Part shown: one piece after another, positions 12,650 through 25,258 of the stretch
Numbering within the stretch: the stretch's first letter is position 1
Layout of the letters: each line of letters starts with the position of its first letter
Notes under the pieces: model-generated
Seen by the model: the letters and a program-made list of their open reading frames with translations, nothing else
Databases searched by the model: none
Told to the model about the DNA's origin: nothing
Made by a program: the position numbers and the translations under genes
DNA from: Octopus sinensis
Lineage: Eukaryota
Assembly (NCBI RefSeq): GCF_006345805.1
Contig: NW_021834195.1
Coordinates: 1-50,914, forward strand
Direction of reading: 5' to 3'
DNA: 50,914 nt

Positions 12650-12950
12650 GGGGCGAATGTTAGTGTTTTCGGCTCACGATCGTAAGCTTGTGAGTTCGAT
12701 TCCCGGCGGCGCGTTCTGTCTTTGAGCAAGACACTTTATTTTACATTGCTCCTGTCGACTCAGCTATAATTCAAAGAGGCCAACCGTATCCCATTCTTTG
12801 TCACGCTGAATCTCCCTGAGAATTACGTTAAGAGTATGGGTGTCAGTGGATTGCTCAGCTACTTGCGCGTTAATTTCACGACCAGACTGTTCTATTGATC
12901 GGATCAACCGGAACACACGTCATAGTAACCGACAGAGTGCCCAATTGCAT
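12650..12950 (+). mobile_element. SINE with TTGAGCAAGACACTT core and GTCACGCTGAATCTCCC tail
   Basis: B-box GAGTTCGATTCCC; tail shared with 43821 and 50330. Confidence 0.75.
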
Positions 12951-12984
12951 GATTGTGTGTGTTTCAATGTATATATATATATAT

Positions 12985-13165
12985 GAGTTTAAGAAGCTTG
13001 TTTCGCTACCACATGGTTTCTGGTTAGTCCTACTGCGCGGTTTCTTAGGCAAGGGTTTTCTGCTAAAGCTCTGGGCTATGAAATCTCGGTGTAAAAAGCT
13101 ATCATATAATGCTGTTCCGTTGACTTATAGAAAATGCCTGCATCGTACACATACACGCACACACA
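12985..13165 (+). mobile_element. Degenerate SINE family A head carrying a 49-bp foreign insert
   Basis: AAGAAGCTTGTTTCGCTACCACATGG...CTTAGGCAAG; see findings. Confidence 0.6.
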
Positions 13166-13554
13166 GACATTGCTGACCAATTTAAATTCTCGAACAGACT
13201 CTGTTGGAAACTCTTTTGGAGAATCTCAATTGGTCAGCATGTAGCTTCCTTAATGTCCATTGACTCTGATGATATTTTACTCTAGATCTTCAAAACGCAA
13301 ACTTATTTTATTCTATAGGTTTCTAATTTGTATTCAGTGTGAATTGAAACAATTGTAGACCTAATTAGAATGTTAATAAATTAATTTATATCCATTGAAT
13401 CTCTCCGTTTTCTTATTTAATAATATCTGATATTTATAATATACCTATTTTTATATTGAAGATATATTTCTCAACAATATAATGTATTAAGCCAGTGTAA
13501 CTTAGATGAAACCAATCGTATAAGAGGTTAATATCCTTGTAGTGGCTATATATA

Positions 13555-13560
13555 CATACA

Positions 13561-13635
<75 letters not shown>
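13555..13635. repeat. (TA)n microsatellite
   Basis: Direct. Confidence 0.95.
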
Positions 13636-13639
<4 letters not shown>

Positions 13640-13844
13640 TTAGAGATAAAACCACTATTAGGCAAATCAAACAGTGAAAATCATAAGCCAATACATAAAA
13701 TTAATTTAATTTATATTATTTTAAATATATATCAAAAGTATTAAAAGTTTATATATGTATATATATATACATATATCTATATATGCATGTTAGTATGTGC
13801 GTGTGCGCGTCCGTGCGTGTGCCGGTCTATGCACGCGCACGCAC

Positions 13845-14003
13845 GCCTTCGTGTTTACGTTTGTCTCCTACCGTTTGACAAAATTGTTGGTTTAGTTCCC
13901 CCTAACTTAGCGCTTCCGCTAAAGTGATTAGAAGAACAAGTAACAGATTTAACACACACACGCACACACACACAGAGACACACAGACACACACACACACA
14001 CAG

Positions 14004-14076
<73 letters not shown>

Positions 14077-14165
14077 TACTGCGGCTGATTCGATCGACCA
14101 AAATCCTTTAAAGCGGTGCCCTAACGTAGTCGCAGTCCAATGGCTAAAATCAATGAAAGATAAAC
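13845..14165 (+). mobile_element. Old SINE family A tail split by (CA)n/(TA)n expansion
   Basis: TAACTTAGCG ... AAAGCGGTGCCC..GTCGCAGTCCAATGGCTAAAA. Confidence 0.6.
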
Positions 14166-14676
14166 GATAAGAGATTCATGCACACACACATACAGATAAT
14201 AAGAGAGAAAGGGAGACAGAGACAGAGAGGGAAAGAGAAAGAAAGACAGACAGAAAGTTAGTTATATTGTAGAAGAGTCGTTTTATCCAACGAGATAGAC
14301 ACAAAATCTTTTAAATTCACTTTCCCTTTATATCTCCACAATGAAAGAATTCAGTTTCAACAAACTGTCTCACATGAAATTACTTGGTAGAAAGTACAGC
14401 TTCAACATATACATACATACATACATACATACACAGAAACACACGCACATACATAAAACACAGTCACTCACATATTCACATATACGTACATACATACATA
14501 TGTGTGTGTGTGTATGTATATATACATGAATATACATACACATGTATATTTATGTATATATTTATCTATCTCTCTCTCTCTACATATATATATAAATATA
14601 TATAAATGTGTGTATATGTATATATACATGCATATACATATATATATTTATGTACATATTTAACTCTCTCTCTCTT

Positions 14677-14707
<31 letters not shown>

Positions 14708-15071
14708 TATATATATGTGTGTGTGTATGTGTGTGTGTGTGTGTGTATGTGTGTGTGTGTAAATGACTGAAGCAAAAGATAAAAGGTATATCTGTATGTC
14801 CATATAATTGATTTATTCATTAGCTGAATATTATCTAAATATCCGCCATGTGTTTTCGGGCAATTCTTTTAATCCATCTTCTTGTACTGCTTCTTCAGAG
14901 AAATGTTTTCCCCTTTGTATATCCAAGCGTGTGCATCTTCGCAGATACTCATATATATATAGTTGCGAAGAATTACACATGGACTATACATAGCAACTCT
15001 AAAGTCATATAAACAAGGTATTTCTTCCCAGAAAATCTATGACTAATCATCTTAGTCTTTGGATATGAGCA

Positions 15072-15606
15072 ATGTATAAACGGGTGAAACAAAAAGAGCG
15101 AAGTTTGATTATAAACCATAAGGAAAATATAGAGATATTTATTTAAGATTGTCATCGCGGCACATCATGATGTTTCGACAACTGTTTGTCTCTCCAACCG
15201 GTGTTGAGAAAGACATATTTCGCTCTTTGCTTTTTTATTTTTAACTTCCTGAATTTGGAGTTACAATCCAATGCCAAAAGCCTTTTCAGACCTTCCAGTT
15301 GGCTGCGAGGGGTAAATATACAAAGCCACTTAAAATACATGTATAAACGGGTGAAACAAAAAGAGCGAAGTTTGATTATAAACCATAAGGAAAATATAGA
15401 GATTTTTATTTAAGATTGTCATCGCGGCACATCATGATGTTTCGACAACTGTTTGTCTCTCCAACCGGTGTTGAGAAAGACAGACATTTCGTTCTTTGCT
15501 TTTTTATTTTTAACTTCCTGAATTTGGAGTTACAATCCAATGCCAAAAGCCTTCGCAGACCTTCCAGTTGGCTGCGAGGGGTAAATATATAAAGCCACTT
15601 AAAATA
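15072..15606. repeat. Tandem duplication, about 267 bp x 2
   Basis: Units start at 15072 and 15339; only a handful of differences. Confidence 0.95.
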
Positions 15607-15907
15607 AACAGAGATGATGAAATGAACGCTTATCTATATAAAAAAAGGTTTTTCAAAATCTGTCTTTGTGGATCTTGGAAAATATCTCTTGAATGCTTTA
15701 CTGGGACATTGATTAAGTTAGAATTCTGAAAAATTCAATATATACATAGATATGCATGCATACAAACAAACATACATACATACGTATGTATGTATTTGTA
15801 TGTATATATAAATATATATATATATATACATATGTATACATATATGTATACATACGTGTATGCACACGTATGGAATGTATGTGTGAGTGTATATCTATAT
15901 ACATGTA

Positions 15908-17170
15908 CAGTGTGTGTAAGGTATTTGAGGACATACCTTTTGGGGGTCATTGCTGCATTTTTTGCTAACACGAAATTATCTTTGTTTCAGAAAATAATGA
16001 TGGCAGACCCTCAGCTTACTCAAGAAATGAAGAGGAATGCTGTTATTGTGGTTATAAAGGCTGAGCACAGCGATTTAGAAATATCGCAATTTAAAAAAAA
16101 TTATCAGATATTTCGTCTACAAAGTTTGTAAGGAGCTAGAGACTGAAGATGGAAACGTATCACCAGTATCAAAGCATAAAAAGCATTCTAAACGCACTGA
16201 AATCATCAGAACATATGAATCTATCCAACAAGTTCAACAGACCATTGATTACAATCCCAGAAAGTCCATGAGGTCATTGCAAAAGATTTCCATGTGTCAG
16301 AAGGAACAGTTGTCCATGAAGACATAAGATATAAGTCTTATATGATGAGGAAAGGTCAATTTGTCAGAAAAAGCAAAAGAAAATCACTACATCAGATCTA
16401 AAAGGCTCTTAAACAAACTGAAAAATCCTGCAGAAGAAGATTTGATTTGGTTTTTCTCAAACGAATAAAAACCTTCAACCAAGATCAAAAAGTTAACAGA
16501 AGAAATGACAGATGGTTATGTGCAGACCCTTCTAAAGTTCCAACTGTTACGCATAGAAAATTTCCAGCAACTGTCATGGTTTTAGGGGTTGTCAGCAATG
16601 CAGGACATATGATACCTCCTTACTTCTTTTTACAAGGCCTTAGAGTTAACTCTGTCTCCTACAGTGAGGTCCTGGAAATAATTGTTAAGCCCTGGATAGA
16701 CAGTGTATGCAATGGAAGGCCATATGTGTTTATGTAAGACTGCACTATTACACACGGTCCTAGAAACACAAGAATGGATGGCTGAAAATGTTCATGATCA
16801 CATAACCACTAACATTTGGCCCCCTATTTCCCCAGATCTCAATCCATTGGAGTATTCCATGTGGAGCGTTGTTGACTATTCCATGTGGAGAGAGGTCAAT
16901 GAACATGCCCATAACACCAAAGATTCTTTGAAAGCTGTCATAGTCAAAGTGATGTTCAAAATGAACCAGGACCACTTGATTCAAACATGTAGGTGATTTA
17001 GATCTCATATAGAAACTGTTGTTGAAGCTGAAGGTGGCTTTATTGAATAACATTTTAGAAAAGAAGGTTTATCTTTATCCTCATAGCATTTTTTGATAGA
17101 TAAAATTATTATCTGTTATTATATATCTGGTTCTTTTTATAAATATAAATCTATTTTCTTACGCACCCTG
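15908..17170 (+). mobile_element. Full-length decayed Tc1/mariner element (maT/DD37-type)
   Basis: TA|CAGTGTGTGTAAG ... CTTACGCACCCTG|TA imperfect TIRs with TA TSDs; 1263 bp. Confidence 0.9.
15997..17050 (+). pseudogene. DD37D/E transposase pseudogene
   Basis: WFFSNE (from FSDE), NQDQKVNRRNDRW, VMVLGVVS, WPPISPDLNPLEY; 37 residues between the 2nd and 3rd acidic positions; stops and frameshifts. Confidence 0.88.
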
Positions 17171-17984
17171 TATATACATAAGTGTGTGTGTGAGTGTGTG
17201 TGTGTATGTGTGTGTATGTGTGTGTGTGTGTATACATACATTTGTAGAGTAATTAGTTAATGTTCCATGATAGTTTCACGCTAATGTGAAATTAATGAAC
17301 TAGTTTGGGATCGGAGTGCGGTTACAGGTCTTATATTTCATTTTAATCTTCGCACATATCAGGTACATTTGGTAAGACGGTTTTAATGAAGAAGGACTAT
17401 CTACAGGAATGTTTCAGAAGAATCAGAAAAAAAGATCACGGAAGTTGTTCGTTAGTCTTGAACCTTAGCCACTGAATAAAGACTGTTGTCTAACTCATTA
17501 CATTAAATTGTGAAAGAATGTAAAGATGTCATATGTTTAATTTGTTACTGTTATTATTTCCCCGTGGAGAAAAAGACAACAAAATCACACGTGTTGATAG
17601 TCCCTAGTTTTATCTCTTGTAATATAAATTATTATCTTCTTCAAAAACAAAATCAATAACATTTCAAATTGAGTACTTATCATGAGATCAATAATGTAGC
17701 AATCATCAAACTTTTCGAAGTTTATATCTGATATGTCGTGTTTTGAGTTTACGACATTATCATCGTCGATTTTATCATTGACGTCATAACAATCAGGGAT
17801 ACTTTTGCTATGGTCATTGTTATTAAGAGAATAAAAGACTGCAATAAGGGAAGACAGAACTTCAGTAACTAAAGTGTGTTGTTTCTATAGAGATAAGCCC
17901 CTCCCCTCAGTGAGTCAAGATTGCTGCTTGACACTTACCACCTTTATTATATCTCTAAAGAGCCAACAGTGAAGCCTCTAATCG

Positions 17985-18160
17985 GTCGATTTAAGTACTA
18001 GAAATAGCAGCTAATATCGCCTACTGATTAAAGAAAAGAAACATTGGTTTATAAAGTCCTAGATACACTATAACTGAGAGATAAAGCATGTATGGTTACA
18101 GTTTTAACGCATTGGATTCTAAGTCTGCTCTATCAGGGCTAATAAGTGCCTAAACACCAG
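17985..18160 (+). mobile_element. Ancient SINE-like repeat (family D)
   Basis: CTAGAAATAGCAGCTAA...GTCCTAGATACACTA...GTCTGCTCTATCAGGGCTAA. Confidence 0.55.
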
Positions 18161-18269
18161 CTATAAGAAAAACGTTACATCTCTAATGTTGTTGGGAAAA
18201 GTTTCTGTTGATCGAAATTGTGCAGATGGCCGTCTATAGACATTATCTGGTTTTAGGGGTTGGTTTAAA

Positions 18270-18276
18270 ATATATA

Positions 18277-18356
<80 letters not shown>
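18270..18356. repeat. (TA)n microsatellite
   Basis: Direct. Confidence 0.95.
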
Positions 18357-18363
<7 letters not shown>

Positions 18364-18866
18364 CCAGCGGACGAAATTGAATATATTTTTACAAGCAATC
18401 CAACGAATAAAACTGCTAATATTACAGCACATTTGAAAATCACAGGGTTAACTTATTCCTACTTTTAGGTAGCTGTTTACAACATAATGAACTTTGCCGT
18501 TTGCAAGTACAGACTTCTGGTTACAAACAGAACACGGCGCTAATGACAGGATAATCTCTTCAGCATATCCAACTGTGCACTCACCTGCCTTAAACATCTT
18601 AATACGAAATTCTATTAATATGAGCTTCCGTCTGTAGTTTTGAATCTTTATTAAGAGGATTTCACCTGCAGCCGATACACAGATAAAGTTAATGTATGAG
18701 ATAAAGTTAATGTATGAATACAAGCGTATCTTGTCATAGGAGACAACAAATTACATTACTATGTATATCTGATGTTTCTCTTTATCCATTACGCATGTGA
18801 ATGGCGAAAGCGGACAATCAGAAACTGTGCCTTCAAAGAAACTCTGTAGCATTTTGTTGGAATGAT

Positions 18867-18869
<3 letters not shown>

Positions 18870-18898
<29 letters not shown>

Positions 18899-19190
18899 CC
18901 TACCTACCTACATACATACATACATACGTACGTACGTACATGCATAAGTACGTACGTACATACATACATACATACATACATACATACATACATACATACA
19001 TACATACATACATACATACATACATACATACATACATACATACATACCTACCTACCTACATACATACATACATACGTACGTACGTACATGCATAAGTACG
19101 TACGTACATACATACATACATACATACATACACATTCATTCATACATACATGCATACATACGTACATAAACATACATATATACATACAAA
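18870..19190. repeat. Compound (TACA)n microsatellite with a 148-bp higher-order repeat
   Basis: The CCTACCTACC...GTACGTACGTACATGCATAAG variant block occurs at 18899 and 19047. Confidence 0.9.
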
Positions 19191-19803
19191 CAAAGCCAAA
19201 TCCTTTTCACACACACACATACAAACGCGCGCGCGTGCACACACATACACACACAGTACAAAAAGAAATAGAAAGTCCTTATTACAGTATTATATATTTG
19301 GAAAAAAAGGAATAGAAATGGCTTTTATGATAATTTTCCCACTTTAATCCAATTATTAAAGTGGAAAAATTATCAGAAAACCATTTCTATTCATTTGATC
19401 ATATACATATACTTTAGAACTTTTCTTTGTTATATATATATATGTCATTGATAATTAAGTTATATCGTATCTCTACAAATGAATCAGAAATAGATGAATA
19501 TACGACTTCGTTTTATTTAACTGTAAAATAAAATAGATTAATAAAAACCTAAAATAAAGCACTCTAGCCAAGACCAATCAAATCCTTATTTTTCGGCATC
19601 TTATATCTAAGACTATATTCTTAGAATCTTTGTGAAGACCTTAGGGTATAGTTTAAGGGAGATAGCTACTATTTCTATCAAGTAAGAACGCCAACATAAA
19701 GACATTCTTGCTGGCTTCTGGTTTTTATAGTTGTTATCGTTGCTTTGTTTAGCTTCACCCCAGCCTCAATGAAAGAGGTCTATGATGAAAGAAATTCTAT
19801 ATA

Positions 19804-20209
19804 CTCTTTTACTCTTTTACTTGTTTCAGTCATTTGGACTGCGGCCATGCTGGAGCACCGCCTTTAATCGAGCAACTCGACCCCGGGACTTATTCTTTTT
19901 GTAAGCCCAGTACTTATTCTATCGTTTTTTTTGCCGAACCGCTAAGTAACGGGGACATAAACACACCAGCATCGGTTGTCAAGCAATGCTAGGGGGACAG
20001 ACGAGACACAAACCCACCCACCCACACACACACATATATATATATACATATATACGACAGGCTTCTTTCAGTTTCTGTCTACCAAATCCACTCACAAGGC
20101 ATTGGTCGGTCCGGGCCTACAGCAGAAGACACTTCCCAAGATGCCACGCAGTGGGACTGAACCCGGAACCATGTGGTTGGTTAGCAAGCTACTTACCACA
20201 CAGCCATTC
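19804..20209 (-). mobile_element. Composite SINE family A
   Basis: Near-identical to 5457-5850. Confidence 0.9.
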
Positions 20210-20314
20210 CATTTTTTTGTGTAGCTCTATATCTTTTTGTATATTATTCAATGTCATCTTTATTTCAAGTTCTAGAATAAATTTTAAGGGCGATTTCACA
20301 GTTATTTCTGACAG

Positions 20315-20362
20315 ATTGAACGACCGCACAAAAAACCGTTATTGACTCGCGGCTTCTGTAAG
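20315..20362 (+). CDS. Candidate internal exon (IERPHKKPLLTRGFCK), unidentified gene
   Basis: TTATTTCTGACAG| acceptor, AAG|GTAAAT donor, 48 nt, open only in phase 0. Confidence 0.4.
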
Positions 20363-20522
20363 GTAAATAAGATAAATGCATTCGGTAGAAACGAAGTAAA
20401 GAAATATATTACTTATGATTTCCTCCAGGTGAGAGAACGGATGTATTGTAGATAAGGTGTTATATTCAGAAACCCATAGCAACGCCAATATACAGCAATA
20501 TACACACCTCTTTTAACTTATA

Positions 20523-20727
20523 TTCTTTTACTTGTTTCAGTCATTTGACTGCGGCCATGTTGGAGCCTTGAAGGGTTTTTAGTCGAACAGATCGATCTCA
20601 CGACTTATTTCCTGAAGCCTAGTACTTATTCTATCGGTGACTTTTGCCGAAACTGCTAAGTTACTGGGACGTAAACAGACAAACACCGGCTGACAAGCGA
20701 TGTTAAGGGGACAAACACAAGCACAAA

Positions 20728-20785
<58 letters not shown>

Positions 20786-20965
20786 ACACACACACATATA
20801 TCACGGGCTTCTTTCAGTTTCTGTCTACCAAATCCACTCACAAGGCTTTGATCGGCCCCGGGCTAGAGTAGAAGACACTTGTCCAAGGTGTCATACAGTG
20901 GGACTGAACCTGGAATCACGTGATTGGGAAGCAAGCTTCGTACCACCCTGCCACGCCTGTGCCTA
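20523..20965 (-). mobile_element. Composite SINE family A with (CA)n expansion
   Basis: Similarity to other copies. Confidence 0.85.
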
Positions 20966-21252
20966 CGGTTATGGATTCAAAATGTTTACTTGACAAGTTC
21001 GTGGTTTGGTTTCAATCTCAATGCGCGACACATTGGGAAAGCGTCTTCTAATATAAAACCGAGTCGACAAAGCTTCGCGAGTGAAATTTAGTAGGGAACA
21101 ACTGAGAAGTCCCTTTATGTCCTTGACTAGTTAATAATCTGTCACGCGGTTTACCACCATTAAATGGCCCTTAGATGTCTTTGGCGAGGACTCCGGTTTG
21201 AGGATAACTTCTTCCCTTCCTGCTATTAGAAACAAAGACAAGGAAAAGGGTC

Positions 21253-21343
21253 ATGGCAGCTAGTCTTCCTCCTCTGGCTAAGCCATTCAAAACAACATTC
21301 TATTCAATCGGTTATTTATGTAAACTGCTCTCAAACTACAAAC
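21253..21343 (+). CDS. Weak candidate initial coding exon (MAASLPPLAKPFKTTFYSIGYLCKLLSNYK)
   Basis: GTC-ATG-G context; AAC|GTAAAT donor in phase 1, compatible with the exon at 25065; no homology recognised. Confidence 0.25.
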
Positions 21344-22903
21344 GTAAATGAAAATATTATAAATAAAAAAAATGTGTTTTCTCTTTACAAATCTCTATTC
21401 TGAAATGTCAAAACAAGAAGTGATAGCTAACCATTCAGAAAGTTTGCTGCTTCTTTTTTTTCTTCTTATTCTTAATTTAGCAGTTGTCTTTTGATAACTA
21501 ACATATTAATTTCCTTCACAGAAGTTTTATGTTTTCACTTTACCCGGGAGAAATATCTTTCTTTTAAGAAAAACACCTTCAGTTCTGTTATTTCTTTCTT
21601 TTTATTTGTTGCCATGAACGCTATTACATATTGCCTTGCGCGATCAAATGCCATTTTGTATTTACTCTAAGAGATACACTTATTACCTATCACCATGGAT
21701 CATTTGGAAATGCGGCGTTTATATATTTACTAACACATATGGGATTATATAATCCAACACTCTTATTACATTTTCTATCATTCTTGTCACTAGTGTTAAT
21801 ATGTTTATATGATATCCTTAGGTTTCCTATTGCCAACAGTTCTTAATATAGTTAATATTTTTATTCAATACATTTGTTATTTTTTTTTTCAAATATTAGT
21901 ATGAAACCTAATATTGTTTCAGGGAAATGGAAAATGGAAGTTGCGGCTTTTATGATTTTTCTCAGGGCATGAATTACTTCAGAAAATAGAAATAGTTCGG
22001 TTAGGAATTATCACTCCATGCCACATTAATGGATACATTAAATCAATGATTCTAAAGGGAAACAATACGAGTGGTTGTGATCCTCTTGAATGTACAAAGA
22101 CCATTAAAATTTACAACTGCCAGCAGAAAGCAGGACATAGATTTGTCAGAAGGTAGCAAACCTGTAATGAATGTCGACCAATATCTTAATTTCCGTTGAC
22201 AAGATAAGTCTTATATTTCTCAAAAGCATTATTTCTCTGTCAGCCATTTTCGTACATCATGAGTAACAAAAATCAGTACCAACTTTAACTGGGTTTCTAT
22301 CACAGATGATTACAACCAGAAACTGCATACAGAAATGAATTCAATCAAATGTTATGTCTAAACGATACGCCTCTCTTCTCCATGTATTGTCTTCTTTCGT
22401 ATGCAAAAGGGTTAAAATTTGCTGTGTAGGTAAAATAAAATTCATCACGTTCGGTCTTTTCCTAGTAGTGTAAATAAAATGAAATGAAATAATATCAAAT
22501 TGTGACTCGAATCTAAGCTACAAATTAATCATGCAAAAAGTTGTACCAGGTGGATTAGGATTATATAAATACTCAGAAATAAAACAATATGTATTTAGTC
22601 TGTGTGTGAAATAAAGCCTCTTTTTCTCCCCTCGCCCTTTTTCTTATAAAAACCAAATATGACCGAACTTTCAATAATGTACATTTTTTATAATCTTCGT
22701 CGAACATTTACATTATATTACTATCTATCCCCGTTAAACTCATTGGAATTTCCATGAATATTTGAACATAAGAGACCGATAGAATAAGTAGAAGTTTTTA
22801 AAATCTTCTAAATTGTAGGATCGACTGTTTTGACTAAAACCCTTCAGGGTGATGCTCTAGCATGGCCGCAACCAAACGACTGAAACAAGTAGCAGATGAA
22901 AGA

Positions 22904-22936
<33 letters not shown>

Positions 22937-22975
22937 CTATGTATGTATGTTTCATCTCTGATTATATAAAATTAA

Positions 22976-23132
22976 GAGTGGCTGTGTAGTATGTAGATTG
23001 CTTCCCAACCATATGATTCCGGGTTCAGTCCCACTGCGTGGCACCTTAAGCAAGTGTCTCCTGCTATAGCCTCGGGCCTATCAAAGCCATGTGAGTGGAT
23101 TTGGTAGATGGAAACTGAATGAAACCCGTCGA

Positions 23133-23166
<34 letters not shown>

Positions 23167-23378
23167 GTTTGTGTGTCTGTGTTTGTCCCCCCTCCATCGC
23201 TTGACAGTCGATGTTGGTATGTTTACGTCCCAATAACTTAGCGGTTAGGCAAAAGAAACCGATAGAATAAGTACTAGGCTTACAAAGAATAAGTCCTGGA
23301 ATCGATTTGTTCGACAAAAAGCGGTGTTCCAGCATGGGCGCAGTGAAATGACCGAAATAAATAAAAGAATAAAAGAAT
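22976..23378 (+). mobile_element. Composite SINE family A
   Basis: Head, core, (TA)n and tail all present. Confidence 0.87.
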
Positions 23379-23784
23379 ATACACATTTGACAAAATATCC
23401 GGATAATCTTATAAATCGCATAAAACCGATGTTCTACATAAACTTGCACATTTTTGTTCGTAGAAGTGTCTCAATAACCAGTGTAGTGCCTATAGTAATT
23501 TCCCATTTAGCTGACTCATCGATTCAGTTTCGAATTTTTGGTTATAGCTATTTTGCGTATTGCTCATACGTACATCAAAAAGGCATTGCATTCTTAGCTC
23601 ACCACCACTCCACATGTGAAATTTAATACTACCGATCACGCACTGGTGTGTATCTGTATTCACAGAAGATCGAGGAATCGATCTTATTTAGTGGGTACTC
23701 TAAAAAAAAAAAAATGAAATTTCTGGACTATTTTTCGATGAGTAATAAACCAAATTATATTGAAGTTCTTCACAAGTAGTATTA

Positions 23785-24009
23785 CAGTAATCTCTCGACT
23801 ATCGCGGGTATTACGTCCCAAAACGCCTCGCGATAGGTGAAAATCCGCTAAGTAGAAACAGTACTGTACTGTATATGTATATATATTTTATTTTTATAAT
23901 TTGTAAATATTCATTTTATTACAAATGCAAAACAACACCACAGAAGAATCGACGTAAGCTTAAATAACAAACCGCGATAGGTGAGTCACGATATGGCAAG
24001 GGATTACTG
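23785..24009 (+). mobile_element. Complete Tigger/pogo-like MITE (225 bp)
   Basis: TA|CAGTAATCTCTCG ... CAAGGGATTACTG|TA; second copy at 9225. Confidence 0.85.
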
Positions 24010-25064
24010 TAACGGCAAAAACATAAAGGTATAAAGAATTTCCAGCTGTGATTATACTTTCTTTCTCATGTATTGTGTACCTATGACTACATTATCCAAC
24101 TGTTCCATTTTTTTTAAAAGACACTAAAATGTGATTTAAAAGTGGTTTGGCTGCTATTTCTAATCTGTGAAGCAAAGATTTAGATGCTCCCTATTAAGGT
24201 TCAATTCATTTGGTATAAGTATGTATAGAAAAATGACAAAATATTTTATCTTGTTTTGTACACATACTTCGCTACAAATTAGTTGCTTAATACTCACAAA
24301 TATTTTATCGATGTTTTTATTTAATGTTATATAAAAAATCAGAAGTTATTAATAAAGATAAACATTAGTTATTGCAATTATGAAGTGAAACTAAATTGAT
24401 GGTATTTAAAAAAAATTAATTTATGTAAAAATGCATCATTATAAAAGCGTAAATTCACATTCTCTGTTTTGAAGGATGATGGTAACACATTTGTAAAATT
24501 TAATGTAATAAGACTAACTAATATTATAGAAGAACATTAAATATATGTAATAGCTAGAAAAAATATTAGTGTTAATATACAGCTTAAGCATCTCCAAACA
24601 TATTTCCATATGATAAGAACTTAACTACAAAACTAGCATTGCATCGAGTTCTTAACTTTTATTGAATCATGAATCGGTATGTCAAGAAAATTGTACTTCA
24701 TAAACATTTTCCCTCTAACTGTTTGCAATAATAATTTTTCTCAAAATATATTTATTTATTTATTTTTTTGATGTCAGAATTATATTTAAAAAAAAATATA
24801 TATCACGACAACAGAGAAATTCCAGTCATCGTAAAAACCATTGTGTTCTGTCTATATCTGGGAGTGTTGTTCAGTGTTTTTTTGACACCCGCATTAACAA
24901 GAAGTGGGTCATTTATGTCCCGGAAACGAGAGGTTCTAACTGGCTGTAGGGTAGCTGTTCCACTTGCTAGCATCATCAGTCAGTCGGATTGCGGGTTAAA
25001 TGATTCTCTATTTCTGGAGCTGACAGTTCTCTACCAAAGCTCAATTCATCGCTCTCATTTACAG

Positions 25065-25258
25065 ATGGCGCCAAAGGCTTCATCTCTCAACAGCTCTGTC
25101 GTAAAGACGATCTCGAAGACACTGTAACGCCCCATCCAGCTATCGCTGTTACAGAGATCATTCGCAAACTCAAGAAAGATGTAAGCTGCAAGCAAAGTCT
25201 TCACCATTCGCTCGCCCCAAGTAATCCAAGGTTACTTAAAATTGTCAATGAGAAGCTG
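25065..25258 (+). CDS. Probable internal coding exon of an unidentified gene (GAKGFISQQLCRKDDLEDTVTPHPAIAVTEIIRKLKKDVSCKQSLHHSLAPSNPRLLKIVNEKL)
   Basis: CTCTCATTTACAG| acceptor, CTG|GTAAGT consensus donor, 194 nt open from phase 1 to phase 0, coding-like GC. An alternative acceptor at 25027 is also in frame. Confidence 0.65.

Noticed and set aside
16140-16165. CTGAAGA-tg-GAAACGTA hammerhead-like string
   Set aside because: No stem II and only a 2-bp stem I; lies inside transposase coding sequence, so likely chance
24768-25127. Listed 119-aa ORF
   Set aside because: Overlaps the probable exon in a different frame; the frame ending at the GTAAGT donor is better supported
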